A stretch of 64,000 nt of DNA from Chrysomallon squamiferum (Eukaryota > Animalia > Mollusca). Of this stretch, positions 1 to 15,823 are shown piece after piece; positions within the stretch are counted from its first letter, which is position 1, and every line of letters begins with the position of its first letter. The notes under the pieces were generated by a model that saw only the letters and a list, made by a program, of their open reading frames with translations, was not told the origin of the DNA and made no database searches. The DNA lies in assembly GCA_012295275.1 (NCBI GenBank), contig CM022670.1:8804001-8868000 (forward strand), read 5' to 3'. Both the position numbers and the translations under genes were made by a program.

Positions 1-1650
1 TTTTTTTTTTTCTGATTTTCTGATACACTTATGTTCTTTTGGCTTTCATGATATAAACAATACTGATAATGTAATATATGTTAATATGATTGACAAAACA
101 ACTAACATTGTTCAGCAGTATGTAATAACATGTGTTTGTTTTAAAAATATCTTTTATTTTAAACATAAATTTGAAAGTTTTATTCACACAGAGATTAAGA
201 AAGATCAACAATACATATAGTGTAGTGGTTAGCACAATCTGCAAATTTTTGTTTCCTGGATAAATAAAACATTTCAGAAATTTTGTTTCCTGGATAAATT
301 TTAGGATCAAAATGGCTTTTAAAGCAAAACCAAAAATTAGGTTTGCAAACACTTGCTCTGCATATAAAGTATATGTGAACACAGACATAAAAATATTTTT
401 TGAAAAGGTAAAAGAGTGAAACATCAAAACTATTTTTATAAGTTTGTATAAACATTTTATTAAAAATAGGTAAATTAATTCTGAAAATGTGAAAAATATC
501 TGGGATACATATTTAAATTTTCAAGTTGTTAATTAGTTCTATTTTTTCAAACATTAGTCAGTAAATATTTTTTTTTTTTTTTAAATGATAAAATTTTAGC
601 AAAATGAAAAAGATGAATACAAAACAATCTTGTAAGTATTTGCAAAACACTGTCAAACAATAAAATAACTAAGAGTGAAAGTTTTAAAAATGATAGTTTT
701 CAAATTAAATAATATCTGTATAAATATTTTAATTTATGATTGCACTAAAACCAACTTCAAGAATGTTTTTTCATTAAAATATATCTAAAATATGTTAATA
801 ATACACCCTGAAATGACAAGAAAAATATTAGATTAAAAAATCCATTCATTAGTTGAAACTAAAAAAAAAAAAAAAAAAAAACCTTTTCTTTATTTCAGTG
901 TTAATATATTGATATTGTTTATGAATTGTCTGTGGTATTCATACTTGTTAAAAATAAAATAAAATGATTGAAAGTAACAGATAATATTTTTAAAAAATCC
1001 TACATTGTCCCACAATATATTAAATCAGAAAAAAACTATTTTATATAATATAATATAATATAAATAAATAAACAAATAATATAAAATAAATAAAAATACA
1101 AAACTATTTTATCACACAAAATGATCAGAAGAGTGTAAAAAGATTCAGTTTGCCAGTAAGTAGCCATGTTTTAGACTAATAGACTGGTAAACACTCAGAT
1201 GACATTTTCAGACAACAGAATGAGAAAACAGTCTGTGCGGGATCTTTCATTCAAGTGATTTCAGAAAATATTCTAAAACTTTCTTTCATTTTTTTTTTTT
1301 TTAACTTTATAAAATTTAAATGATGTGTTAATCTGATAAATACAATAAACCATACCACCACATTTTTAAAAAAAAAAAAAAATAAATAAATATACATATA
1401 GAGTAAAGTAAAAAAAATAAACAAAAATTAAAAACTGTAAAGAACAAAACTATCAGCCCATATATTTTTTTTCCTTTCAGTATTTTTATATTTAAAAAAA
1501 TGGCTGAAATATCTCATGTAAAAAAAAATAAAACCTTTTTTTTTTTTAAATTAATTTGAAAATTCAGTTTGTTGAAATATTACCCATAATGCAGTTTTTA
1601 CATTATCACAATTTGCTTATTTATTATTATTTTTTTTCTCCCCACACACA

Positions 1651-1807
1651 TTAGTCAATGTAGAAATCGAATGGGTCATTTTTGTTCACTTTAAAGTTAG
1701 GAGAACTGGGGAGGGGGGTGTCTGCCAGGTTGTACGTTCTCAACATCTGAAACTCACTGGGACCTCCTCGGTCTATTTTGATTGGCTTTAATTTTTCATG
1801 TCGTAAT
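1651..1807 (-). CDS. WDR49: WDR49-like terminal exon
   Basis: RLRHEKLKPIKIDRGGPSEFQMLRTYNLADTP...FDFYID*; CAG at 1808-1810, TAA at 1651-1653. Confidence 0.82.
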
Positions 1808-2598
1808 CTGAAGAAAAAAAAATTAATAATAATAATAAATAAAGATAAAAATATAAAAATAAAATAAAATAAAATAAAATATAATAAAAAAAAAAATATA
1901 AAATAAAAAAAATAAAATAAATAAATATATTTAATCATTCAAAACTGTCGGAAAACTTTTTACATTTATTCATTATTGATCTAACTGACAAGTGAAATAA
2001 AATAAAAGTATTTTACAACTGATTAAAATGTCCTGGTCATTTATTATTATTATTATTATTATTATTTTATTTTATTTTATTTTATTTTATTTTATTTTAT
2101 TTTATTTTTAAAATGTATTATTATTATTATTTTTGAATTTGAAAGACAATTATAACTGTTATGAACAACACAATTCCTCTAAAGGAAATGTCTTTCACTT
2201 CCCCCTAAAAAATATTATAATTATAATATAATATAATTTTATAACATTAAATTGTTTATTCATCCTGATTAAAAAAAAATAAACCCATAATTAGCAAATA
2301 AAAAATAGAACATTAACAATGTTGATAAATCTTGAAAAAAAAAAAAAAAAAATAAAAAATAAATAAAACAATAAATAAATAAAAACTTCGAATCAAAACA
2401 AATACCTCTTTCCCATTCCATTTTTTGGTTTCTCTTTGAGCTGTTTAGCGATTGTCTCATCGTCTATAAAAACCTGCTGTTTTTTGAATGGTATAATGAT
2501 AGGTGTCGGGCTGTGGCCATCCTGAAGCAAACAACAGATAATTTTACATTAAAAATGTGATTTTATACCTGACAATATAACTAGTAGTTTTGTGTATT

Positions 2599-2646
<48 letters not shown>

Positions 2647-3096
2647 AATTAAATATATATCAGAAAAGTGTATGCTATGATCATGGCTTATGTTATATCA
2701 TGATCATAGGTATCTAATGAACACAGAACATCTTATGACCATAGATTATGGTAAATGCATTGGTGGATTATTTAATAATTTAAATGATTATTTCAACACT
2801 TACATCTTCATCATCGGAGCCTTTGGCTGAGTCCATGTGCACAACTTCATGGGTGGTCTGTTTCTCTGCCAGGATGGGGTGGGTGGGCAGACTCAGGGGG
2901 TCAATGAGCACATCGTAGGGAACCATGGGGTGCTGGTATGTGGAAGGGTTGTAGATGTCCCAGGGTTCAGGCTGGCCAAATGTACCTAAACAAAATTGAC
3001 AAAGGTTTATTTTATAGGACATATATATATATATATATACCATATATATATATACTGAGAGAGAGAGAGAGAATGAGTGAGAGAAAGAGAGAGAGA

Positions 3097-3143
<47 letters not shown>

Positions 3144-3663
3144 AGAGAGTGAGAGTGAGAGAGAGAGAGTGAGAGTGAGAGTGAGAGAGAGAGAGATATA
3201 CATACAGATATGGCTATGAAACAAATATATAACAAGTTTCAGTTAACTGTTTGACGGACCTGCAGAGATAAATAAAAAACAAGTGTTCACCTATGTACTG
3301 TCCTTCTGTTGTCCATATTCGGACAGTGCAGTCCACAGAACCAGTGAGCATGACGTTGAAGTCTTCAACCAGCTCCAAGCACGTCACACTGCTGACGTGA
3401 CCTCGCCACGACACCAGCACTGAAAATACACACACAGCTTGTCTGTTACACTGTAACTTCACTTAGTTACACTGTAACTGTACTAAGTTACATATACTAC
3501 TTAGCTAATAACATAAAAAAATATGTTGTTATCTTTATATAACTTATGCATTTATTCACATAACTTTATCTAGTTACACATAATGACAGTATTGAAATAT
3601 TTTCATCATGATAATATTGAAATAATTTCACATGTTAACAGACTCACTCAGGGATGGATAAAC

Positions 3664-3709
<46 letters not shown>

Positions 3710-4937
3710 CCATGTATACACACGGATGGATGGATTATCCAGAAAGCCAACAGTTAAACTGTACAAGTTGTGAGAGTGAAAAAAACCAGTAATAATTATA
3801 AAATGTTTTCTGCACTCACATTCAGGTGGGTTGACTTCATTGCCTTTCAAGCAGTATCCCTCCATGTTCCAGACATTGATAAATCCTAAACTGTCTCCAG
3901 TGTACAGCTCTGTGTCATTCTTTGATATCACCATTGTACTCACCATAGCACCCTCCATCTTTGACTGCACATAAAGAAATAAAATAAATCAATATAGTAA
4001 GTAAGTCATAAAATAATAATAATAAAAAAAATATATATATATTAAGTAAGTAGGTCAAAATAAAAAAAATAAAAAAAATATACAGAAATATATAGTAGTA
4101 TCTACAAAAACATACACAATATATATAGACAAAAATACAGACAAAATTACATACATATAATCAATGACTATAGAGAAAGCAGAACGACGAAAAATAAATT
4201 ATTTAAAACTAGTTCTAAATATGAATAATTTGGTGCTGTTCTTTATATAAGAGAAGTTGAAATAATTCTTGGAATAAATCAATGACCTAACAAATTAACA
4301 ATCACGGAAGAAAAAACTAACTGGTATCCATTGTGTTGTGAATATACAAATACAATAAAGTTATCTGTGTAACTACATAAAATTATATATGTAACTATAT
4401 AAAGTTATATATGTAACTACCCAAAGTTATGAAATTATAAATAAAAGATAGATAAAAAGATAGACAGACAGATGTATAGTTAGATAGATATGATATAGAA
4501 ATAATTATTAATGTATTATTTACATGATTATTTCAATTTGTGTACTTTAACTGAAACAGGACAGTACATACCACAGGGAATTGTGCCTTTAATTTTCCAC
4601 CTTGAAAGACGTTCCACAGATGTATATGAGCACGAGGTCCACTGGCAATCAGGGAGGCGGCATCTTTGTTATACGCTCGGCTCTGCAGAAAAACCAGCGC
4701 ATTGATACTCAAGTCTCCATCCACTGGAAGTTAATAAATAAATAAAACAATAAAAATATAAATGGTGATTGTGATGATAAATATGATAATGATGATAATA
4801 ATAATAATTAAAAAAAAAATTAATAATAATAATGATAATAATAATACAACTACCTATTCACTATTACTTCAACTACTATTACCGTCTCTATTAATACTAA
4901 TTATGAAGATAGTAGTAGTAGTAGTGCAAGTAATATC

Positions 4938-5022
<85 letters not shown>

Positions 5023-6842
5023 ATATAATGACAAAACAACAATAAAATAATATTTACCATAAGAACACAAGCAACAACACTAACAATATTATACAATATA
5101 TTACATTTTAGTAATTTTTCTTCAGTTCAGAATGCCTTTTTTTTTTGTTTATTTATTTTTTTTTTTTTCTATAATGAAAATTCAATAGAGCATTGACCTC
5201 TCTTATCACTTAGCAAAAAGAAATCATTTACACAGGAAGGAACAGATGGGAACAAGGGCACTTAGAAGAATCTGCAATGCAACTACATCACTGAACTGTG
5301 GTTAAAAATATCTCAAAATAAAACAATACTGAGAATCCTAACTCAAGTTATCATCACTCACAGGACTGGTCGTGATAATTTGGCGGTGGTGGACCATGAA
5401 GGTGACAGAAAATGTGGCCTGAGACCATGTTCCACACAATTATCTCCCCATCGTAACTCGCTGTTGCCAGGAGGTTAGGAAGGCACTGAGCAACAGCAAG
5501 AATGTCCTCTTTGTGTCCATTGTTCTGAAAAAGAATTTTTTTACTAAATATTGACTCAAAATATACAAACTAAGTAACAAGAAATGGAAAAAAAATTTTT
5601 TTAAAATATGCTGTTTGAAATTAAAGTGGAAACCATTATTATAGGTAATGCATTTCTGTTATGAGATCAAATTTTAAGCTAAAACTGAAAAAAAAAAAAA
5701 AAAATTATTAAATTTAAAACAATGCAATGTTTGACAAAACAATTTTCATTCTTTATATTATTTTATTATAATGAAAACTTAATAAATAGGATTTCTCAAT
5801 AATTTTAGAATATCGTTCTTTGAACAAACAAATCAGATCTAATAAAGGCAAACAATATAAAAAAGGACTGATATCTATTGAGCTAACACTGATTTCATCT
5901 TTCAAATAGGGCCAAAACAATTAACCAAAGAGTTATTTAATAATCAAAGAAGAAAAGTTTTTTTATTTTAGAAGTTTTTTCAAGATTTCAGGATTTCAGA
6001 ATTTCAGTTGAGGTACCCCCAAACATGTAATATAATATACAAATCATAATATAAGAACTATACAGAAGTGATTTCATTACAGAAATTAGACTAAGATTTT
6101 TATTTATACACAACTCACAAGATCATCATGCCAGTATGGAACTGGATGCTGTACGTGATGGATGTTGCTGTCTGAGTTAGAATCGTAGTAGATGTTGATG
6201 CGTCTGTCCCAGCCGACAGCCACAACATACCTGAAGTAAAAAAACGGCATATTATTATCTTTCAGATTCTAGATTCATTATTTGAAGACTAAATGATAAT
6301 TTCAAATCTGGGACATATAAAAGTATTAAAATAAAAATAAGGTTGTCGTGATGACTGAGTGGCATCATGTCTGCCTGTGGAGTGCACTTGAATCTGTGCC
6401 ACATGCTGAAGTCTGACTAGAGACATCTGTGAGGTTGTGACTGGACATTGTCCACCTTGGCCAGTGTTTTCCCAAATATTGTCTATGTGCAGAGTCTAAT
6501 CAGATGTACAATCCTGAATATATACCTACATACACACATACATACATATACACACATATATGAACATATATAATATATATACACGTACGAACATACATAC
6601 ATATACATGTAAATACATGCATGCTCATACATATATAGTATATGCTATGTATGTTGTAACAGTGTAATATTCACCTGTTTCTGTTCATTTCTATGTATGT
6701 GACATCACATATCTCCTCATGTCCTTCTTCTGAAAGTAACAAAATAAAACATTTTATTTCAAACTGAACATTTTTTTTTTTTTTTGGAGGAATTTGCAGA
6801 TGAAACATTTATTGATCTAGGCTGTTAATTTATTTTTCAAAT

Positions 6843-6873
<31 letters not shown>

Positions 6874-7250
6874 TTTTCTATGATTATGGTTTTAGTTTTT
6901 ACCTTTCTGAAGAATTCTGAGACAGTGTCCATTGTTGTAGTTCCATATTCGTAAAATACCATCTCTACCTCCAGTGATCAGCCTGTAAACAGACAAACAT
7001 CACATACATTTCACTTGTTTCCCTCATCTGCATGTTTTGATACATAAAATCATCCCAGAGATAAAACTGGTGACAAAACCAAATTCTTTAGTTCAAGTAA
7101 ACATGAACAACATTAAATTAATTTTGCTAAGAGTCTCATTTTTTTATCTTGAATATGATGAGTAGTTCTGGTGTTAAATTTTGTCTGTTATAAAAAGCCT
7201 TAAAGTTACGTATTGTATTGATAACAGTATATACTTATACACATATATTT

Positions 7251-7292
<42 letters not shown>

Positions 7293-7388
7293 ACACACAC
7301 AGTGTATATATATATATATATATACAGGCACACCCAAACAATACTATGCATACACATAGCCTCATATACACATCCACAGACAGCAAAC

Positions 7389-7428
<40 letters not shown>

Positions 7429-7658
7429 TACACATACATGTGCAAACATACTCTGACAGAATCACTGACAGACACACATATGGACAGTCAGCACCTACCT
7501 TCTTCCTGTTGTGTCAAATGACATAGATGTAATTGCTGTGTCCCCATGGGCATCACCATATTCAAATATAGCAGTTCCTGTCTCAAAGTCCCACAACTTT
7601 ATTACCTGAAACAAACACAACAACTGTTTATCTTTTACACACCAGCAACCCACTTTAC

Positions 7659-7755
<97 letters not shown>

Positions 7756-10354
7756 ATTTATCAATCTAAAACATTTTAGCAAATAATATAACTAATAAGT
7801 TTACAAATTAAATACTCAAATAAATAAATAAATAAATAAATAAATAAAATGAGAATTTGTGAGTATCACTAAAAAAATCTTTTTAAAAAATATGTAAAGA
7901 AAAGAAAAAAATGCAGAAAGTTTGAAAATAAACATTTTTTCACCAAAAAAAAATTCAAATATCACTAATAAAAAATAAATTTAACAAAAAAAAAATAATA
8001 ATAATATAAAAAAATACAGAAAGTTTTTTGTTCAGAATTTGTTCTAATGGTTACAGCAGGTGTTTTCAGACACTAATTTATTTCTTAATCCTCAGTGACA
8101 AATATGGGCAAAAAACCCAACAAAAATAAAATAACAGTAATAATTACAAGCAGAGGTTTTATTTATTACTACACAATTGTTTAACAGGCAAAAAAACTAG
8201 ACAGCTGAAATATAAAACTAGTTTGATTACTAAGTCAGTCATTGTCAGAAATAGTCTTTGTGTTGTTGTTGTTTTTGGTTATCATAAAACTTCAGCTCAT
8301 TTCTGTTTATTAAACATCAGTTTTATATTTTTACAATTCATGTGTAAGGGAGAGAATTAAATCATTAGCAACATTAGGACACCATTAATACAAACATTCA
8401 CCCTGACAGATAAGTAAATAAAGAAATAAATAGAGAATAATAATTTTTTTAAAAAACCACATACTCATAACAAAATTAAAAATTTAAAATGACCTTACTT
8501 GGACTTGTGTATATATTTTACATTTATTAAACACTGAATATAACAATGTTGATCTTCACTATTACACTGTTATAGTATATCTAGTTTTAAAACAAAAAAA
8601 GTATTGATGGGAAATATATATATATATATATATAAAATTCTGAAATATTTCTTTTATTAGATAATTCCACTAGAAAAAAACAAACAAATAAAAATGAGTA
8701 GCTTGCACTGAATGAAATTATAAATGTTAGAATACATTAAAGAACGTGTGTTTGAGGTTTCACAGTAAAGGCAGTCTATACTTACAGAGCCATCTGAAGC
8801 TGTAACAACTTGTTTGAAGCTGGGGTTGTATTTACAGCACGTGACAGGCTCTTTGTGAGTGATCACAATGTCAGCATGTAGTACTGGTCTGTAATATACG
8901 ATATTCATTTTATAATTAACACTCAGTTTTTTAATTAAGATATATAAAAAAAAAAAAAAAAAATTTAAAAAATTACAAAATAATTAAAAATAGAAAGTAT
9001 AAATAAATTTTAAAAACATTGGATAAACATAAATATATGAAATGATGTCATGACATACGTTGAATGTGGCATTTATATTATTCACATTGTTTATTATTAG
9101 TAAAGGTTCATGTTAAAAAAAATAAAAAGAACTTCATTGAAGGACATAAAATATTTAGGATATTTGTTCATGTTATACAGAATCAGGTCAATGTGACAGA
9201 ATCTTTAGTATGATCAGTTAGAGTCGGGTCAGTGTGACAAAATCTTTAGTACGGTCAGTTAGAGTCAGGTTAGTGTGATGGAAGCTTTAGTAAGATTATT
9301 TAAAGTCAGTATGGGTCATCAATATTCCATCACACTGACCTCACTTGAATTGTTCATACTAAAGATTCCGTCACACTGACCTCACTTGAATTGTTCATAC
9401 TAAAGATTCTGTCACATTGACCTGACACTAAAGCAATCTTTCTAAAACCACTGTCACACTGACCTCACTCTAAATAATCTTACTGATCACTTTATTTTCA
9501 AACTGACCTGAGTCTGAGACTGAGACAAGCCATCTGGTCTGTGGCCACTGCCAGGGCTTTGGACACTGAGGAGTAATGGATTGCCTGGAGGTCACCTCGA
9601 ATCTTGTGACCTTTTGGACGAAGTGTCAATAGACAGTTGTGATCATGAATGTCCCACACCTTTTAAAATGAAATAAAATCAACAACAATTTTTTTTTTTT
9701 TTCTTAAAACAACCTCAGAATGTTTTTTTAGTATTAATGTTAATTAGATGACATATACAAAATGTAATTTAATTTAATTATTGTCAAATATGATGGTTTT
9801 TATTATTATGTTCTCCAGTGAAAGTATGTATATATATTAACAATAACACTTTTGCTACCTATTGGTTGGAATGGGAAATATTCTAATGGATTAACCCAGA
9901 AAAATAAGTCATGCAGAAATGACAGATCAAGGGGTGTGAATTCTTAACCACAGATAAAAATGTGTTAGTGTTTTAAACAAATTATTTGTTGCAATTTACC
10001 TTGATGCATCTGTCTGTGGAAATACTGAAAATCCTGTCATCTTCTTCAGCAATGAACAGGTAGAATATTGGAGCATTGTGTCCTCTCAACATTGCTGTGG
10101 GTTTTCTGAAAAAAACATCATTGGTACATTTACTTGTTTATACCATTCAGTGGTTTACATGAAATGCACACAAAATCACATATATAAAATAAAACAACAG
10201 AAATATATATACACAGATGTACTGTTGAATAAGTAGATTTATATATTAGTTTTTTTTTTCATATAATTAAAAAACATTTAAATTAAATACAAAATAATAA
10301 AAGAGATAAGAACACAAACATACAAATAATTAAATAAATAAATAAATAAATATA

Positions 10355-10401
<47 letters not shown>

Positions 10402-12436
10402 AAAAAAAAAAAAAAAAAAAAATGAAATTTCCACAAAGTGAAAAAAAAAAAAAAATGAAATATAAATAAACAGTCACAAATATTCTACAGGTGTTTATTT
10501 TTCAACATTAAATTTGTTTCATTATTAGGAAGAAAAAAAAAAAATCATTATCTGGGAAACAAAATGAATGCTAGATATATTCCAATATAAGCAAAGGAAT
10601 TTTTTTTTTAACATACCCTGAGACATATGGATTCCAGAGCCTGATGATTCTGTCCATGCCTGAAAAGAGGAGTGTTGTATTATGAGACAGTGTTGTTAGA
10701 TTTGACTCTTTCGCACAGCATTCAACTCACCTCTCTCTGGGAATTAAACCTTTATCCAGGCTAATTATTATGTGGATGTTTTAATGAATCTGGTCTATAA
10801 TTACAGTTTCTTGCTGTGTTATTAGATATATTTCATTAAGAATAAACAGTTGAAATATTCAAAGCGAAAAGGTCAATGAAATAAAATAAAATAAATAAAA
10901 ATTAAACAATATTCATTCATTAAGCCAAGAAACAGTTCTGAGATATTCACAATTGAAAAGGTGACAAAAAATTTAAAAAAATAAAATAATAACAAATTCA
11001 TTGGTTCAGAGGTTTATAACAACATTTCAGATGGTTATTTAATTTAAAAATGTGATTGCCAAGTTCTGAATTTTTATCAAAAGAAAAATATAAATGTGTT
11101 AAACTGAAATTTTAAATTTAAAATAATTTCAGTTAAATTCCATTTTTTTTTCATGTTAAAAATAAATTTAACAGAAGAAGTATTCCAAATGCTCCTTCTC
11201 ACTGACAGGAAAGCACAAAACATGTACACGTTAATAATCTAAAACATTTTTTTTCAGTAGCCTGTTGAAGGTCACTTAGTGGAATTGGAAACATACCTAC
11301 ACTCTGCTCCTATCAGATGTTATAAAATTAAGAAGTGCCAGTGTTTTATAAACTGTTATTCCCTTGTCACAAAAAAAAAGAAAGAAAAATGAACAACAGC
11401 AAAACAAACAACAAAAGATTAACACAGTGACAAACCTCCAGTGATCATGATGTTCTTCTCTTTAGAGAAGTCAAAACACTTGACTCCCTTGTACACTTTG
11501 AATGTCGACTGATCTGATTCCAGTCTGGGTTTGGTGTTGAGGTAAGCGTAGACGACTTTCTGCTTGTTCTTCTCCTGACCTATCTCCTTCACCTCCTTCA
11601 GCTGCTGCTCTACATGAGTGCTGCCAATCGTACAACCTGAATCACAACAATGAGTTTCCAGACTGTTTATTTGTCAAAAGTAAATGGATGGGATGGCTTG
11701 ATGGATGGATGGATGAGTAGATAAATGAAAGGATTTTTTAATAGATGCATGGACTAATGCATGACTGTTTGTTTAATATATGAAAATGTAATTTTTAAAA
11801 CATGCATCAGTCAGAAATTGTTCAAACACAGTTTCACAATCATATTCCTTGAATCAAGAACATTTAAAGACAAGACAAGGTTTACGACTGTTTAAAGACA
11901 TTTTAATATAAGTTGATATTAATGACTATTCCTAACAAATAAAATCTTGTATAATGATGAACCAAAACATGTATACATAAATAAATAAAAAATATATAAA
12001 AAAAATAAAATAAAATAAAATAAAATAAAATATATTTTAAGAAATAAAAGAATATGAAGAAACAAAGACATATTGAAAAAAGAGTTTGATAAAGAATGAC
12101 AAAAGATGTTGACACTGAAAATATATTTTCACAAAGTCAATCCAGATGTTTTGATTGACAACATAGTTAATAATAAAATCATATAAATTTTATGTCATCA
12201 ATTATTATAAAAATCCAGGACAAGAAAGAAATAAAGAAAAAAAAAAAAAAAAAAAAAAAAATAAAAAAAAAAATAAATAAATAAATAAAGGAAGAAAAAA
12301 TAAATAAAGAAGAATGAAAGTATCTAAATGTATAACACACCTATGACTAAAGCAGTTGCTGCATGGTTTGAGCAGGAGATCACTTGTCCTATTTCATGAT
12401 AATACTTTATCTGAAACACATCACACATTTGTAAAC

Positions 12437-12476
<40 letters not shown>

Positions 12477-12961
12477 ATATTATGTATCACATACACTTAT
12501 ATATAAAACAAAGAATTATATATATCACATATTACATATAAAATGCATGGTTCTATTTATATATATATATCATTTATTTTTTTGAATTACTGATGATTTT
12601 AATGTTGGTTTTTAAATGTATGTATGTATGTATGTATGCATGCATAGATAATAGATAGCTACATAGATACATGTATATTAGATTATACATACATATTATA
12701 CAAGTCTTAATTTCATACATTATACATCCGTCTATCACAGACAGATGTAGATATAGTCAAACGTGTATATTAAACTATGATGTAAACGCAAGTGTGTTAA
12801 ACATGAGACTGTCTACCTGCTGAACCCAGTCTCCGTGGACCTGCCAGCGAAGAAACTGAACATTAGGACCACTTGCTACAACATCCAGACTGACACTGGC
12901 AATAAAACCATCCTGTCTCGGCATCTTCTTCCACGTCCTGACAATAACAACAACAACAGTT

Positions 12962-13017
<56 letters not shown>

Positions 13018-13078
13018 AATAGTAATAATAGCAAAAATGATAATAATAATGATGATGATGATGATGTTGATAACAATG

Positions 13079-13109
<31 letters not shown>

Positions 13110-13299
13110 AATAAAACAAAAAGTAAGGATAAAAATATTATTGATAAAATAATAATCCTAGGAGAATAGAATTAATAATTTAGATGATGACATTGTTAAT
13201 AGTATTAATATTAAAAATAATAATAATTCAGTACTAACATTAATAATGTTAATAATAATTATAATTATTAAAAAAATAACATTAATATTAACAAAAATA

Positions 13300-13354
<55 letters not shown>

Positions 13355-15776
13355 TAAAATCAGCAGCAAAAACAGCAATGATGAAAGTAAAAAAAAAAAA
13401 GCTTTTATAATTACATTTATTAAAATAAACTCCTGTAAATGTCAATAAATAACTAATATATTTATATGTTTACTGACAGTACATACCGTAAACATTCCCC
13501 TGTAGACTTGATTACCAGTATATTGATACAGCCCTGACTGTCTCCATACAGTATCAGACATTCATCATATCCAGTGGAGCTGTGTAAACAGAAATAAACC
13601 ATTATAAATACATGTTAATATAAAACATCCTATTAAAAACTGTTAGTATCTTTTAGTAATGCTTTAAATAAACTGTTATTTGCACACACAGAAGTGTTTA
13701 GGATCTGTTTCTAAGCAATAGTTAAATTTAATAACTTACAGTCATTTGTAAATGAACTCTTGTCAAGTTCTAAAGGAACTGTTACTAACCTCTAGTCAAG
13801 ATCTAATAGAACTGTTACTGTTACTGACTATAGTCAAGTTTTAAAGTAATGTTACTAACCTGTAATCAAGTTCTAAAGGTACTGTTACTAACCTGTAATC
13901 AAGTTTTAAAGGAACTGTTTCCAGGCCACTGATTTGACAATAAGGCTCAAATGATGACAGCTCAAAAAACTGAATCTCTCGATCTCTTTAAAATAATATT
14001 AGAAGTAAACAAATAAATAAACAAATAAATAAATAAATAAACAAATTAAAAAGTGAAAAAATATTACATAATCAACATATCATAAAGTAGTATTCTTACA
14101 GTTTTATGATTAGAGTTTTATAATTAATATATTATTTATTTTGCTAGTAATATCAGTATGCCTACTGGTCTTTCTATATCATAAATTAAAAACAAAAAAG
14201 AATAATATTAAAAAAATAAAATGATATCATGTATTACTTTATTATAATTCTCATAAATAATTATTATCTATTATTGACAAGAAAATAAACATATTTTAAT
14301 TTTATTGATAAATCTCTTAATAAATAAATAAATAAATAAATAAATATTAAAATAATAATAAATTGATAATTATAATGACATTGATGGTAATAATAATATT
14401 ATCAATAATAATAAAAATAATAAATGGTTAACTATGACACTGATGATAATAATAATATTATCAATAATATAATAATAATGATGATGATGATGATAATGAT
14501 GATGATAATAACAATAACAATAAAACAACAACAACAATAATAATAATTACCCAGTTCCCACAATAAATTTGTTGAAGTGGGGCATGATGACAAAATCTGT
14601 GATCCACTTTGGTTTCTGCCTTGTGTTAACATCAGCATTCTACAACATACAAGTAACATCAATAACAAACACTGAGTTTACAACACTTTCACAGATTAAA
14701 ATATACACACAATCAAATCTTACACTAACATGTAGACAATCATTATGCTCACACAAAGATGCACATTTTCACATATACTATCACACCATTTTTCACACAC
14801 ACACACACACACACATACATACATTAATGTCCGGTTATTTCTTACCACAACAGTCCTAGTTCTTTTGAGGTCTGCATTAGGTGACCAAAATGACACCATG
14901 CCATCCTGCAACCAAAAAAACAAACATATACATATGATTTTCCATTTTATTTTGTTTTACTTTTAAATATTTATTATCATTATCATCAATATCGTTATTA
15001 TTTCTTTTAATGTACTTCTGAAACTTCTATTATATTTTGGATGATGTTATAATAATAATAATAATAATGTAATAATAATAATGATAGCATATAATAATAA
15101 CAATAGTAATAGTAAATAATAACAGTCACAATAATAATAATAATAATAGCAATAACGATAATAATAATAATAATAACAATAACAATAATAATAATAAATT
15201 TAATAATAACAATAACAATAATAATAATAATAATAACAATAATAATAACAATAATAATAATAACAATAACAATAACAATAACAATGATAATAATAATAAA
15301 AATAATAACAATAACAATAACAATAATAATAATAATAGTAATAATAACAGTACAACTGACCTGACTGCAGGCGACGAATGTTCCGTCTGTGGTGTCCGTG
15401 ATGCGTAACACGGGGTCTCGGTGGGGCAGATTCTCGATCTTGGCGGGGAGGTGAAAGGACACTTCCTTCGCTCGCAGGTAGGAATCTTCTTTCTCTGCAT
15501 ACTCCAGCTGCATGTACGTACAGAACTCGTCCCAGGTAATCGAACCCTCTGACGACCAGTCTATCTTCATAAACAGAGCATCTATCTGCTGCTCCTGTAA
15601 CAACAACAACAACCATAATGATGATAATGATAATGATAATGATAATGATAATGATAATGATGGTGATGATGAAGATGATGATGATAGGATGATGATGATG
15701 GTAATGATAATGATAACAATAATAATTACAGTAGTAATTGCAATAACAATAACAATAACAAATACAATAACAACTA

Positions 15777-15823
<47 letters not shown>

